Both the position numbers and the translations under genes were made by a program. Shown one piece after another: positions 19,900 to 28,255 of a stretch of 64,000 nucleotides of DNA. The notes beneath the pieces were generated by a model, which was not told where the DNA came from, made no database searches, and saw only the letters and a program-made list of their open reading frames with translations. Source of the DNA: Candidatus Thiodiazotropha sp. (GTDB lineage: Bacteria; Pseudomonadota; Gammaproteobacteria; Chromatiales; Chromatiaceae); contig JBEVVR010000034.1 of NCBI GenBank assembly GCA_040507035.1, forward strand, positions 28,589-92,588, given 5' to 3'. Each line of letters opens with the position of its first letter. The stretch's first letter is position 1.

Positions 19900-20250
19900 C
19901 TAAGCGAGGAGTTGAATCTTAGGCGGGGGTGTTTCTACAGGGTGCTCCGGTCGTGGGGCCGTCGCGACCAGGGGGGCGGGCATGTCCATCTCCAGCAAAA
20001 CCAAGTGGCCAATTCGAGAACCCGTAAATTGCACAGCATAACCACAGAACACGCAACCCTTTTCTCCGTTGACTGACACTGTCTCGCCGCTGTCGTGACA
20101 GGGATGCTGTTCGGCAGTGAGCTCGCTATGGGGAGCTGTCGGCAAGTCACTGCCCATGGCGGTATACTGAAGCCACGCCAACGACATGGTTGCATGCAAA
20201 AGCAGCAGCGCCATGACAGATATAGCTAATGGATGTCGGTTGGGCTTCAT
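19900..20250 (-). CDS. Small exported Cys/His-containing protein (DUF2946-like) heading the metal-efflux cluster
   Basis: Hydrophobic N-terminus, HPCH and CVFC motifs, Pro-rich 'PPP' C-terminus. Confidence 0.55.
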   Translation of the reverse strand: MKPNRHPLAISVMALLLLHATMSLAWLQYTAMGSDLPTAPHSELTAEQHPCHDSGETVSVNGEKGCVFCGYAVQFTGSRIGHLVLLEMDMPAPLVATAPRPEHPVETPPPKIQLLA

Positions 20251-20522
20251 GTGTGGCTAATGTTCTACGATATCCAAACGTTGCGTCAAACCAGAGTCCC
20301 GAACTCGCGACTTCGCTGGCATTATGACCCTATATAACATTAACCTTCCCTGGTAATAAACGTATATTCTTCAAGGACAACTCACCTGTGCAAAAAGTTT
20401 CCTCCGCAATCGAGAAAACCGGCAATCGAGGACAGATGCCCGCGACAGACGGCTGACTAACGATTTAATCGGGCCGTGAAAACCGATAATATGGCGCCAT
20501 TTAGCCCTATTGAAATTTCCCA

Positions 20523-21524
20523 ATGATTGTACGTAGGCTCTGCATCGCCCCGATGCTGGACTGGACAGACCGCTATTGCCGCTATTTTCTGCGCCTGATC
20601 TCTAGGCATGTGGTCCTGTATACCGAGATGGTTACCACCGGCGCCCTGCTCCACGGCGACCGGGCGCGCTTTCTCGATTTCGATCCCAGCGAACACCCGC
20701 TGGCGCTTCAGCTCGGTGGCAGCGATCCACAAGAACTCGCGGCATGCGCGGAAATGGGCAGCCAATGGGGCTATGACGAGATCAATCTCAATCTGGGCTG
20801 CCCCTCCGACAAGGTGCAATCGGGACGTTTCGGCGCCTGTCTGATGATCACTCCTGAGCTGGTAGCCGACTGTGTCAAGGCGATGCGGGACAGGGTCGCC
20901 ATCGATGTCACGGTCAAGCACCGCATCGGGGTGGATGACCGGGACAGCTATCAAGAGTTGTGTGATTTTGTCGGCACTCTCTCCGAAGCCGGCTGCAGGA
21001 CATTTATCGTGCATGCCCGCAAGGCCTGGCTTAAGGGTTTGAGCCCGAAACAGAATCGAGAAATCCCTCCTCTCTCTTATGATACGGTGCATAAACTCAA
21101 GGGTGACTTCCCCGACCTCGAGGTGGTCATCAATGGGGGTATCACAAACCTCGATCAGGTAAGCGAGCAACTGGATCATGTGGATGGGGTGATGATCGGG
21201 CGTGAGGCCTATCACAATCCCTGGATCTTGGCCGAGGCCGATCGCTTGATATTCGACCAACCCCAATCCCCTTTGACACGTCACCAGGTGGTTGAGTCAT
21301 TGATCCCTTTTGCCGAGGCTGAACTGGCGAAGGGAACGCCGATCAATCGTATTACGCGCCATATCCTCGGTCTGTTTCAAGGGCAACCAGGGGCGAGGAA
21401 GTGGCGTCGGGTGTTGAGTGAAGGCTCACATTTGGCAGGCGCAGACAGTCGTCTGCTATACACGGCTGCACAGGCAGTTGTCGAGACGGCAGATCGGTGC
21501 GGCGAGCCGCACCCTACAGCTTAA
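20523..21524 (+). CDS. dusA: tRNA-dihydrouridine(20/20a) synthase
   Basis: APMLDWTD, NLGCPS, TVKHRIG, VHARKAWLKGLSPK.N. Confidence 0.93.
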   Translation: MIVRRLCIAPMLDWTDRYCRYFLRLISRHVVLYTEMVTTGALLHGDRARFLDFDPSEHPLALQLGGSDPQELAACAEMGSQWGYDEINLNLGCPSDKVQSGRFGACLMITPELVADCVKAMRDRVAIDVTVKHRIGVDDRDSYQELCDFVGTLSEAGCRTFIVHARKAWLKGLSPKQNREIPPLSYDTVHKLKGDFPDLEVVINGGITNLDQVSEQLDHVDGVMIGREAYHNPWILAEADRLIFDQPQSPLTRHQVVESLIPFAEAELAKGTPINRITRHILGLFQGQPGARKWRRVLSEGSHLAGADSRLLYTAAQAVVETADRCGEPHPTA

Positions 21525-21588
21525 GAAACCACACATTCGCGTTAATTTGCGGTTTAAGATATATGAGTGTGTGTATTGCGCTGTGATT

Positions 21589-21611
21589 GGTGGGGCAGGG
21601 CCCCACCCTAC
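21589..21611 (-). repeat. GTAG-type REP palindrome
   Basis: Minus strand reads GTAG-GGTGGGGC-CCT-GCCCCACC; a related copy lies at 44609. Confidence 0.6.
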
Positions 21612-21659
21612 CCCACTGCTACGTCAGGCGGCAGCACAGGTTAGTGAAACGATCGACTG

Positions 21660-22232
21660 CTACTGACGAATCCCTTCGATGGACAACTCCAGCTGAACTG
21701 TCTTCGAGGCAGGTCCCAGATCGAAGTTAATGCCGAAGTCGGCCAGTGCGATCTCGGTGGTGCCAAAGAAACCACGGCGATAGCCGCCCCAGGGATCGTT
21801 GCCATGACCTATATGCTCGACCGCGATAACTACCGGCTTGGTGACACCGCGTAGGGTGAGATCACCTTTGAGTTCGGCCTTGCCGTCACCCTTCTCGGTA
21901 AAGGATGTGGAGACGAATGAGGCCTTGGGGTATTTGTCCACATAGAGGAAATCCTCGTTCCGCAGATGCTTGTCCCGCTCACCATGGTTGCTGTCGATAC
22001 TGGCCGGATTGATATCCACCGATATCTTCGCGGCCTGGGGATTCTTCTCGTCATAGCTGAAGCTGCCGCTGAACTCGTTGAAACGGCCCATCAGCCAACT
22101 GTAGCCCAGGTGCTTGATACGGAATTGAATGAAGGCGTGGGCGCCCTTGGTGTCGATTGCGTACTCTTCAGCTTTAAGGGGTGAGGTAAAAATAAAGCTG
22201 GCTGCTATCAATGGTATTAAAAGGTTTTTCAT
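21660..22232 (-). CDS. yceI: YceI family polyisoprenoid-binding periplasmic protein
   Basis: 'YAIDTKGAHAFIQFRIKHLGYSWLMGRFNEFSG', 'RDKHLR' and 'DPWGGYRRGF'; start after AGGAG. Confidence 0.9.
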   Translation of the reverse strand: MKNLLIPLIAASFIFTSPLKAEEYAIDTKGAHAFIQFRIKHLGYSWLMGRFNEFSGSFSYDEKNPQAAKISVDINPASIDSNHGERDKHLRNEDFLYVDKYPKASFVSTSFTEKGDGKAELKGDLTLRGVTKPVVIAVEHIGHGNDPWGGYRRGFFGTTEIALADFGINFDLGPASKTVQLELSIEGIRQ

Positions 22233-22283
22233 CAGTGTTCTCCTATTTAGAAAATATCTCACAAACTATCAGTTAAGGAGCAG

Positions 22284-22405
22284 CTGGCGGTCATCTTTCG
22301 CAGCAGCGGCAGGGATGCCGCGGGAGCCCCGTCAGCATACCCCAAGGGCACTTCCTTCGGGCGCATGGATGTGCTGTTGGGGCGGCGTAGAAAGATGACT
22401 GCCAG
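22284..22405 (+). repeat. Structured repeat element, copy 1 (self-complementary ends, internal GGA hairpins)
   Basis: Ends ctggcggtcatctttc/gaaagatgactgccag pair at 15 of 16 positions; interior homologous to the reverse complement of 22575-22670. Confidence 0.8.
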
Positions 22406-22574
22406 CCGCGTGAAACTTGGGTATTACTCCTCTACATTTTGCTTAATTAGATCACTCTGTCGCTTCTCGTGAATTGGGATTTATAACTGAGATACTAAAT
22501 CTGTTCTGTGCAGCTGATGACAGTCATTTAATCTGGGCTATTTTCATCCGAGTTCTTAAGCAGGCTTTACGCGA

Positions 22575-22670
22575 CTGATGACGGTCTTTCTCCGCCGCCC
22601 CAACAGCACGTCCTTGTGCTGACGGGGCTACCGCGGCATCCCTGCCGCTGCTACGAAAGACCGTCACCAG
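22575..22670 (-). repeat. Structured repeat element, copy 2 (inverted relative to copy 1)
   Basis: Ends ctgatgacggtctttc/gaaagaccgtcaccag pair at 15 of 16 positions; shares cagcggcagggatgccgcgg.agccccgtcagca and gtgctgttggggcggcg with copy 1. Confidence 0.8.
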
Positions 22671-22813
22671 TCGCTCGTTTAACTGCTAGATGGTAGTTTC
22701 CAAACTATTGCTCAACCTGTTTCCCTGCCACGAAACACTGTCATCAGACGTTCGTTTAACTGCAAGGTTGCTAGTTTTCAAACCATTGCTCAAGCAGCTT
22801 CTCTTCCCCGCAC
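22663..22813. repeat. Diverged ~77-bp tandem duplication containing the 3' end of the flavodoxin gene
   Basis: Units 22663-22735 and 22740-22813; on the minus strand they encode RGRETG* and RGREAA*. Confidence 0.7.
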
Positions 22814-23389
22814 CAATTGTTGCGTAATGGTGGCAACCCTAGCCCCATAGGCCTCGGCGGTCGCGATATCCCCCGTGGAGGGTGCATCACCCGGATCCAC
22901 CTGAAAGCTCGCCGCCATCGGCCCCGAATAGGACCCGATCCGGTTCATCACCTCAGGTCCAGGGCCTTCGATGCGATTCATCGAATCCGGATCGCTGGCC
23001 GCCGGGTGCATCCCCAGGCTGACGTAGATCATCCCCTGCTGCATGGCGTTGATCATCAGGCCCACCAGGGTATTGAGCTTGTCCCCCGAGAAGGAGCTGG
23101 AGTTGGTGAAGGCTCCCGCCACCTTGTCCTTCCATGCCTGGGTGAACCATTTGGCCGCCGCGGTCTCGAGGAACTTCTTCATCTCTGCCGACATGCTGCC
23201 CATGTAGGTGGGGGTGCCGAAGATGATTCCGTCCGCGTCGTCGAGGCTGTCCAGGTCGCTCCCGGCCTCTTCAGTGGTAAGCAACACGGCTTCAACACCG
23301 CTGACCGAGGCAGCGCCTCTGTGCACGGCCTCCGCCTGTAACTTGGTGTGGCCGAAGCCGCTGTGATAGACGATTGCAACTTTTGTCAT
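22790..23389 (-). CDS. Flavodoxin-like NAD(P)H:quinone oxidoreductase (WrbA family)
   Basis: 'YHSGFGHT', 'FGTPTYMGS' and 'KDKVAGAFTNS..FSGDKLNTL'. Confidence 0.85.
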   Translation of the reverse strand: MTKVAIVYHSGFGHTKLQAEAVHRGAASVSGVEAVLLTTEEAGSDLDSLDDADGIIFGTPTYMGSMSAEMKKFLETAAAKWFTQAWKDKVAGAFTNSSSFSGDKLNTLVGLMINAMQQGMIYVSLGMHPAASDPDSMNRIEGPGPEVMNRIGSYSGPMAASFQVDPGDAPSTGDIATAEAYGARVATITQQLVRGREAA

Positions 23390-23958
23390 CCGTTTCTCTC
23401 CTCCGAATGGTGTTGGATCCCCAGCATGCGCGTGAGGGTCCGGTCATGGTCAAAAAAGTGGTGTTTCAGGGCCGCCAGGGTATGCAGCAGGCTAATCAGG
23501 ACTATGCCCCAGGCAAGATAGAGATGGACCTTGCCAGCGATATCCTCCTGACCGTCGAGGCCGCTCAGGGTCGCCGGGATAGTTAACCAGTCGAACACCT
23601 CCAGGGGTCTGCCATCGGCGGTGGTAATCAGATAGCCGCTGATCATGACGATGATGATCAGTAGATAGAGCAACCAGTGCGCCAGGGTGGCGCCCAAGCG
23701 TTCGTAGGGTTTATGGGTTGGCAGATGATCCGGTCGGGGTGACAGGTAGCGCCAGCCAAGACGCAGCAACAGCACAGCAAAGAGGACCACCCCTATGCCC
23801 TTATGCCACCAGGGCCCAAGCTGGTACCAGGGATCGTAGTAACCCAGATCCCGCATCCACAAGCCGAGGCCGAAGAGAGCATAGATCACCAGGGCCACCA
23901 GCCAGTGGAGCAGGATAGCAACCAGGCCGTAGTTCTCCCTGTCGTTGGCCAGGCGCAT
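23386..23958 (-). CDS. Cytochrome b561 (YceJ/CybB family)
   Basis: 'YGLVAILLHWLVA', 'WHKGIG', 'HWLLY' and 'HTLAALKHHF' His ligands in four TM helices. Confidence 0.88.
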   Translation of the reverse strand: MRLANDRENYGLVAILLHWLVALVIYALFGLGLWMRDLGYYDPWYQLGPWWHKGIGVVLFAVLLLRLGWRYLSPRPDHLPTHKPYERLGATLAHWLLYLLIIIVMISGYLITTADGRPLEVFDWLTIPATLSGLDGQEDIAGKVHLYLAWGIVLISLLHTLAALKHHFFDHDRTLTRMLGIQHHSEERNG

Positions 23959-24803
23959 CAGAAACGTCCCTGCTGATAGTCACTGAAGGCCTGCTGCAAC
24001 TCCGCCTCGCTGTTCATAACGAAGGGTCCGCGTCGGGCAATCGGCTCGTCCAGGGGTTGCCCCGCCACCAACAGTAGGCGACTCGATTGCTGTGCCAATA
24101 TTTCGATACTCTCTCCCTGATCCAGCACGCCCAGGTTGCTCCCTTCCAGCTTGGTTCCATCCACCGATACCACCCCCTCGATGAGGTAGATAAAGCCATT
24201 ATAGGCTGCCGGCAGGGGCTCGATAAAACGGCTGCCGGCAGGCATTGTGATGTCGTAGAAGAGTGCTGGGGTCACCAGTTCACTCACCGGTCCTGCGGTC
24301 TGCTGTGAAGTCTGCCCCGCCACCACGCGTAGCTCGACACCATCACTCCGCTGCTCCTGGGGAATCGTCTCGCGGTCGAACTCCTGGTAGCGGGGCGCCA
24401 TCATCTTTTGACCAGAAGGTAGATTGACCCAGAGCTGGAAACCCGACAGCAGGCCATCCTGTTGCTGCGGCATCTCAGAGTGGATCACTCCTCTCCCAGC
24501 CGTCATCCACTGTACTCCCCCGGTCTCGAGTATCCCTGTATGACCGGCATTGTCCCGATGCTCCACCTGACCGGCCAGGAGATAGGTCACGGTCTCAAAG
24601 CCCCGGTGCGGGTGGGGTGGAAAGCCACCGATGTAGTCATTCGGGTCATCGGATACAAAATGATCGAGGAGTAAAAAGGGATCGAGTTGTGGCAACTGAG
24701 CCCCCCCGATAACCCGGGTAAGACGTACCCCGGCCCCGTCGGATGTCTCCTGACCGACGACGATTCGCTTGACTGCTCTTCTGCTTTGAACCAGCTGTTC
24801 CAT
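23958..24803 (-). CDS. Pirin family protein
   Basis: 'DGAGVRL', 'DPFLLLDH', 'FPPHPHRGFETVTY', 'HSEMP', 'GPFVMN'; start ATG 24803. Confidence 0.92.
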   Translation of the reverse strand: MEQLVQSRRAVKRIVVGQETSDGAGVRLTRVIGGAQLPQLDPFLLLDHFVSDDPNDYIGGFPPHPHRGFETVTYLLAGQVEHRDNAGHTGILETGGVQWMTAGRGVIHSEMPQQQDGLLSGFQLWVNLPSGQKMMAPRYQEFDRETIPQEQRSDGVELRVVAGQTSQQTAGPVSELVTPALFYDITMPAGSRFIEPLPAAYNGFIYLIEGVVSVDGTKLEGSNLGVLDQGESIEILAQQSSRLLLVAGQPLDEPIARRGPFVMNSEAELQQAFSDYQQGRF

Positions 24804-24898
24804 AACAGCCTCCTCGCATAAATGCTCAGTAATTTGATAAGTTATTGCCCAGTTTAGGTTGTCAATTCTGAAGATAAAGGCCACAATTCAGGAAACAC

Positions 24899-24917
24899 TG
24901 TTGCTGAAATTGGAACA
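24899..24917. promoter_or_regulatory. LysR-type T-N11-A box between the divergent pirin and LysR genes
   Basis: TGTT-N11-AACA immediately before the LysR start codon. Confidence 0.55.
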
Positions 24918-25832
24918 ATGGATCGATTTGAGTCCCTTGAGAGCTTTGTCACCGTGGTCGAATCTGGGCAGTTCAGTGCAGCAGCCGAACGCCTGGGAAT
25001 CGGCAAATCGGTCATCAGCCGGCGGGTTTCGGAGCTCGAGGAGTATCTGGGCGCCCTGTTGATCCAGCGCACCACGCGCCGTCTCTCCCTCACCGATGCC
25101 GGTCGCGCCTTCTACCCACGGGCGATTCAACTGCTGGAGGATCTGGCGGAGGCGGAACAGTCTGTCTCCACTGCCCAGCACGCCCTGAGCGGCCGCATTC
25201 GTCTTGCCGCCCCCCTCTCCTTCGGTCTGATGCATCTTGCCCCCGCCCTGAACAGCTTTATGACCCAACACCCAGGAGTGATGCTGGACATGGATTTCAA
25301 CGACAGCCAGGTCGACCTGATTCAGCAGGGCTTTGATCTGGCTCTGCGCATCGGCCGGCTCGAGGACTCCACCATGGTTGCCCTGCCCCTGGCACCTATC
25401 CATACGGTGGTCTGCGCCAGTCCGGGCTATCTCGCCCGCTACGGCACACCGAAGACACCGCAAGCACTGTCGGATCACCACTGTCTCTGCTACTCAAATC
25501 TGCCGGAACCGCAAAAGTGGCGATTCATCGATAACGCAGGAGGAAAACAGAGCGTGCGGGTAGAGAATCGCATGCTGGCCAACAACGGCCAGATCATTCT
25601 CGAGGCCGCCGCTTCGGGACACGGCATCTGTATCTCACCTACCTTCATTGCCTATAGAACCATTCTCGAGGGACGCCTGGTGCCGATCCTAAGGGACTAC
25701 AAAATCCCCGAGGCAACCGCCTATGCTGTCTACCCGAACCGCCGTTTCATACCGCAGCGGGTCAGGGTGCTGACCGAGTACTTTCGTGAACTGTTTGGTG
25801 AGAGGCCCTATTGGGATGAGGGATTGTTCTAG
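24918..25832 (+). CDS. LysR-family transcriptional regulator (CrgA/DmlR-like)
   Basis: HTH 'GQFSAAAERLGIGKSVISRRVSELEEYLGALLIQRTTRRLSLTDAG'; 'FDLALRIG'. Confidence 0.92.
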   Translation: MDRFESLESFVTVVESGQFSAAAERLGIGKSVISRRVSELEEYLGALLIQRTTRRLSLTDAGRAFYPRAIQLLEDLAEAEQSVSTAQHALSGRIRLAAPLSFGLMHLAPALNSFMTQHPGVMLDMDFNDSQVDLIQQGFDLALRIGRLEDSTMVALPLAPIHTVVCASPGYLARYGTPKTPQALSDHHCLCYSNLPEPQKWRFIDNAGGKQSVRVENRMLANNGQIILEAAASGHGICISPTFIAYRTILEGRLVPILRDYKIPEATAYAVYPNRRFIPQRVRVLTEYFRELFGERPYWDEGLF

Positions 25833-25848
25833 GGCCTGTTAACAGGCC

Positions 25849-26178
25849 CTAGGAAATTCGAAGTGTAGTATCCAGCAACTGCAATACAGGCTCGAGTCTT
25901 AGACCATCCTCTTCTGCGGCCATATGTCTTAGCTGATGTTGTAACTTCGTTTTATAGTCGTCACAGAGCTCAAGCATCTCTTGTCGACTATAAGTCTGCT
26001 TTGTCCCCTCACTGGATGATGCTATCGGCGCACCTTCTAAAAGCATAACCTCAGCCGAACGCCGAATCATTTCATTGACACCCGTGCCCTCTTCAGAAGC
26101 AGTCAAGGGACCAGTCTTGGTATATCGTTTACCCTGATATTCGAATAGTTGACCTATGGTGAGTTGAGGAAAACGCAT
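25849..26178 (-). CDS. Hypothetical protein
   Basis: Clean ORF filling the gap between genes ('MRFPQLTIGQLFEYQGKRYTKTGPL'); no family recognised. Confidence 0.55.
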   Translation of the reverse strand: MRFPQLTIGQLFEYQGKRYTKTGPLTASEEGTGVNEMIRRSAEVMLLEGAPIASSSEGTKQTYSRQEMLELCDDYKTKLQHQLRHMAAEEDGLRLEPVLQLLDTTLRIS

Positions 26179-26242
26179 AACTGAACCTTTATCATCTGTA
26201 TCAACCAAGATGCCACACTATCTATCGGACCCACGTTGAATT

Positions 26243-27823
26243 CTACCTCATCAAACGTTGCAACACCGTGGCCAATAATCCTGGTGGTGGAAAGTGTTGA
26301 CTGTCGACGCTTATTGTTCTTTCGAGTTCCGACGAGGTTAATGCCTGACGCCTCTCTTGCTGTAGCCTGAGAACAGCCAGGTCTGCCTCGGAGGCATCCC
26401 CTCCCCGTTTGTGCCTATGGTGGATACGATCGATCAGAAGTGACTCCGATGCCTGGCAATCGATAATCACCACAGGTGCCTGTTGACCCAGGGCCAGCTG
26501 CATAAACAGCTCGCGTTGCCACTGTACGAGGCAGGTGGCATCGATGATTACGGAATAGCCCGAGCGTAACAGCTCTTTCGCCATTCCTGCCAGGTGGTTG
26601 TAGGTTATCTGCGTAGCCTGTTCACTGTAGCGCTCAATGGAACCGGCAGTCTCACCCTGCGCGGGAAAAAGGCGGCGGCGCTCCACATCCGATCGAATGC
26701 GGATTGCCATCAACTGCTCCGCCAGCCAGCCACTGACCGTGCTTTTCCCTGAACCGGAGACCCCGTGGGTCAGGATTAAGGATGCGGGTGGATGACGAAT
26801 GACCGTTTCAGCCAACACCAGGTAGCTGCGGTACTCATCTAGTTGTTGTTCCCACTCATCATGCTGCAAACCCGATTGCATGGCGCGGATGGCACTGACC
26901 TTGGCCCGCACCATGGCACGATAGAGCAGATAGAAGCGTAACAGCGGCAGACCGGCATAGTCCCCCGTTCTCTCCAGGTAGCCATTGAGTAACTGAACGA
27001 CGGCACTGTTCATGCCACGATGTTGAAGGTCCATCAGCAGAAAGGCGATATCACTGAGGGTATCTATCCAATGCAGGTTAGGATTGAATTCGATGCCATC
27101 AAATAGGGTTATCTCACCCTTGAATCGGGTAATGTTCCCCAGGTGCAGATCACCGTGGCACTCTCGGATGTGGCCTGCGTCGTAGCGTTCCAACAAGTTG
27201 GATTCAAGCACAGTGCTCTGCTGTTCAGTCCAGTTTTGCAGCACATTGAGTCGATCCATCTCGAACAGGGGCTGTTTCAATCCCCGTATCAGGCGGAAGT
27301 TCTCCAACATCGGACCGATAACATGATCCGGTCTGCCATAGGGCATCTCCTTGGAAACCTTGGCAGCCGCGAGATGGAAATCGGCGACTTGGCGGGCAAG
27401 ACTATCGATCGCCTCCCGGTCGGGCAGTGTGCGGCTTAGCAGATCATCCTGGTGAAAACGTCGCATCTCCAGGGCATACTCAATGATTCCTTCATCAGCA
27501 CCAATAACGGGCTCATCAACGGTTCCCCCTATAGCCACTACCTGCAGATAGAGTTGCGGTGCCAGACGGCGATTGAGCCGCAACTCCTCCTCGCAGCAGC
27601 GCTGCCGTTTTTCCAATGTTGAGTAGTCGAGGAACCCGAGATCGACGGGCTTTTTAATCTTGTAGACCCGCTCACCGAGCAGCAGCAGATGGGAGATATG
27701 GGTTTCGATATGTTCCACCCGCTCCTGGGGGAGATCGAAGCACGCCGGAGAGTTGATCAGTTGGCCGACTAACTGCTCCTGGGCCACCAAATCATCTGCT
27801 TTCATACTCATGTGTGGTAACAT
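26243..27823 (-). CDS. Phosphotransferase (APH-like) fused to a P-loop kinase/AAA domain
   Basis: 'ETHIS..LL..YKIKKPVDLGFLD', 'IRECHGDLHLGN', 'FDGIEFN', C-terminal 'GVSGSGKST'. Confidence 0.85.
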   Translation of the reverse strand: MLPHMSMKADDLVAQEQLVGQLINSPACFDLPQERVEHIETHISHLLLLGERVYKIKKPVDLGFLDYSTLEKRQRCCEEELRLNRRLAPQLYLQVVAIGGTVDEPVIGADEGIIEYALEMRRFHQDDLLSRTLPDREAIDSLARQVADFHLAAAKVSKEMPYGRPDHVIGPMLENFRLIRGLKQPLFEMDRLNVLQNWTEQQSTVLESNLLERYDAGHIRECHGDLHLGNITRFKGEITLFDGIEFNPNLHWIDTLSDIAFLLMDLQHRGMNSAVVQLLNGYLERTGDYAGLPLLRFYLLYRAMVRAKVSAIRAMQSGLQHDEWEQQLDEYRSYLVLAETVIRHPPASLILTHGVSGSGKSTVSGWLAEQLMAIRIRSDVERRRLFPAQGETAGSIERYSEQATQITYNHLAGMAKELLRSGYSVIIDATCLVQWQRELFMQLALGQQAPVVIIDCQASESLLIDRIHHRHKRGGDASEADLAVLRLQQERRQALTSSELERTISVDSQHFPPPGLLATVLQRLMR

Positions 27824-27833
27824 CCTTGACTAA

Positions 27834-27853
27834 ATATTAGATAGTGCTAATAT
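27834..27853. promoter_or_regulatory. Palindromic operator, possibly for an ArsR/SmtB-family repressor
   Basis: ATATTAG-N6-CTAATAT perfect dyad just downstream of TTGACT (-35-like), in the divergent intergenic region before the DUF2892 gene. Confidence 0.55.
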
Positions 27854-27971
27854 AGCATCCAATTTTGATCCAGGGTGTTACTGACGCTGTTCAAACCGCG
27901 CAGTGCACATCCGGGTGCGCGAACCTCCGATGTGTACACTGGATAATCACTCATAGTTTAGAGGCTAATCC

Positions 27972-28172
27972 ATGAATATCGACCGAATTGTTCTCGCTTT
28001 CGCCGGCGTAGTTATTCTGCTGAGCCTGGTGCTTTCCCATTACCACCACCCCTACTGGCTCTTCTTGACCGCGTTTGTCGGACTTAACCTGCTGCAATCC
28101 GCATTCACCGGTTTCTGTCCCCTGGCGACAATCCTGAAGAAGATGGGCAGACAGAGTGGATCTGCTTTCTGA
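27972..28172 (+). CDS. DUF2892 (YgaP-like membrane domain) protein
   Basis: 'MNIDR...AG...L', '[17 protein letters not shown]' with the conserved GxCP. Confidence 0.88.
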   Translation: MNIDRIVLAFAGVVILLSLVLSHYHHPYWLFLTAFVGLNLLQSAFTGFCPLATILKKMGRQSGSAF

Positions 28173-28255
28173 TCAACCACAGATTTCATTTTTAACGGGG
28201 CGATGGCCCCGCTCAGTTGGTTGGCAAGGCGCATGGATGCGCCCGTTATCATCAC

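Noticed and set aside
13146-20522. Active dusA-integrated island
   Set aside because: No integrase and no duplicated dusA 5' segment found by eye; kept only as a low-interest inference.
22262-22813. CRISPR array
   Set aside because: The repeats are inverted or only two diverged tandem units, with no regular repeat-spacer pattern and no cas genes.
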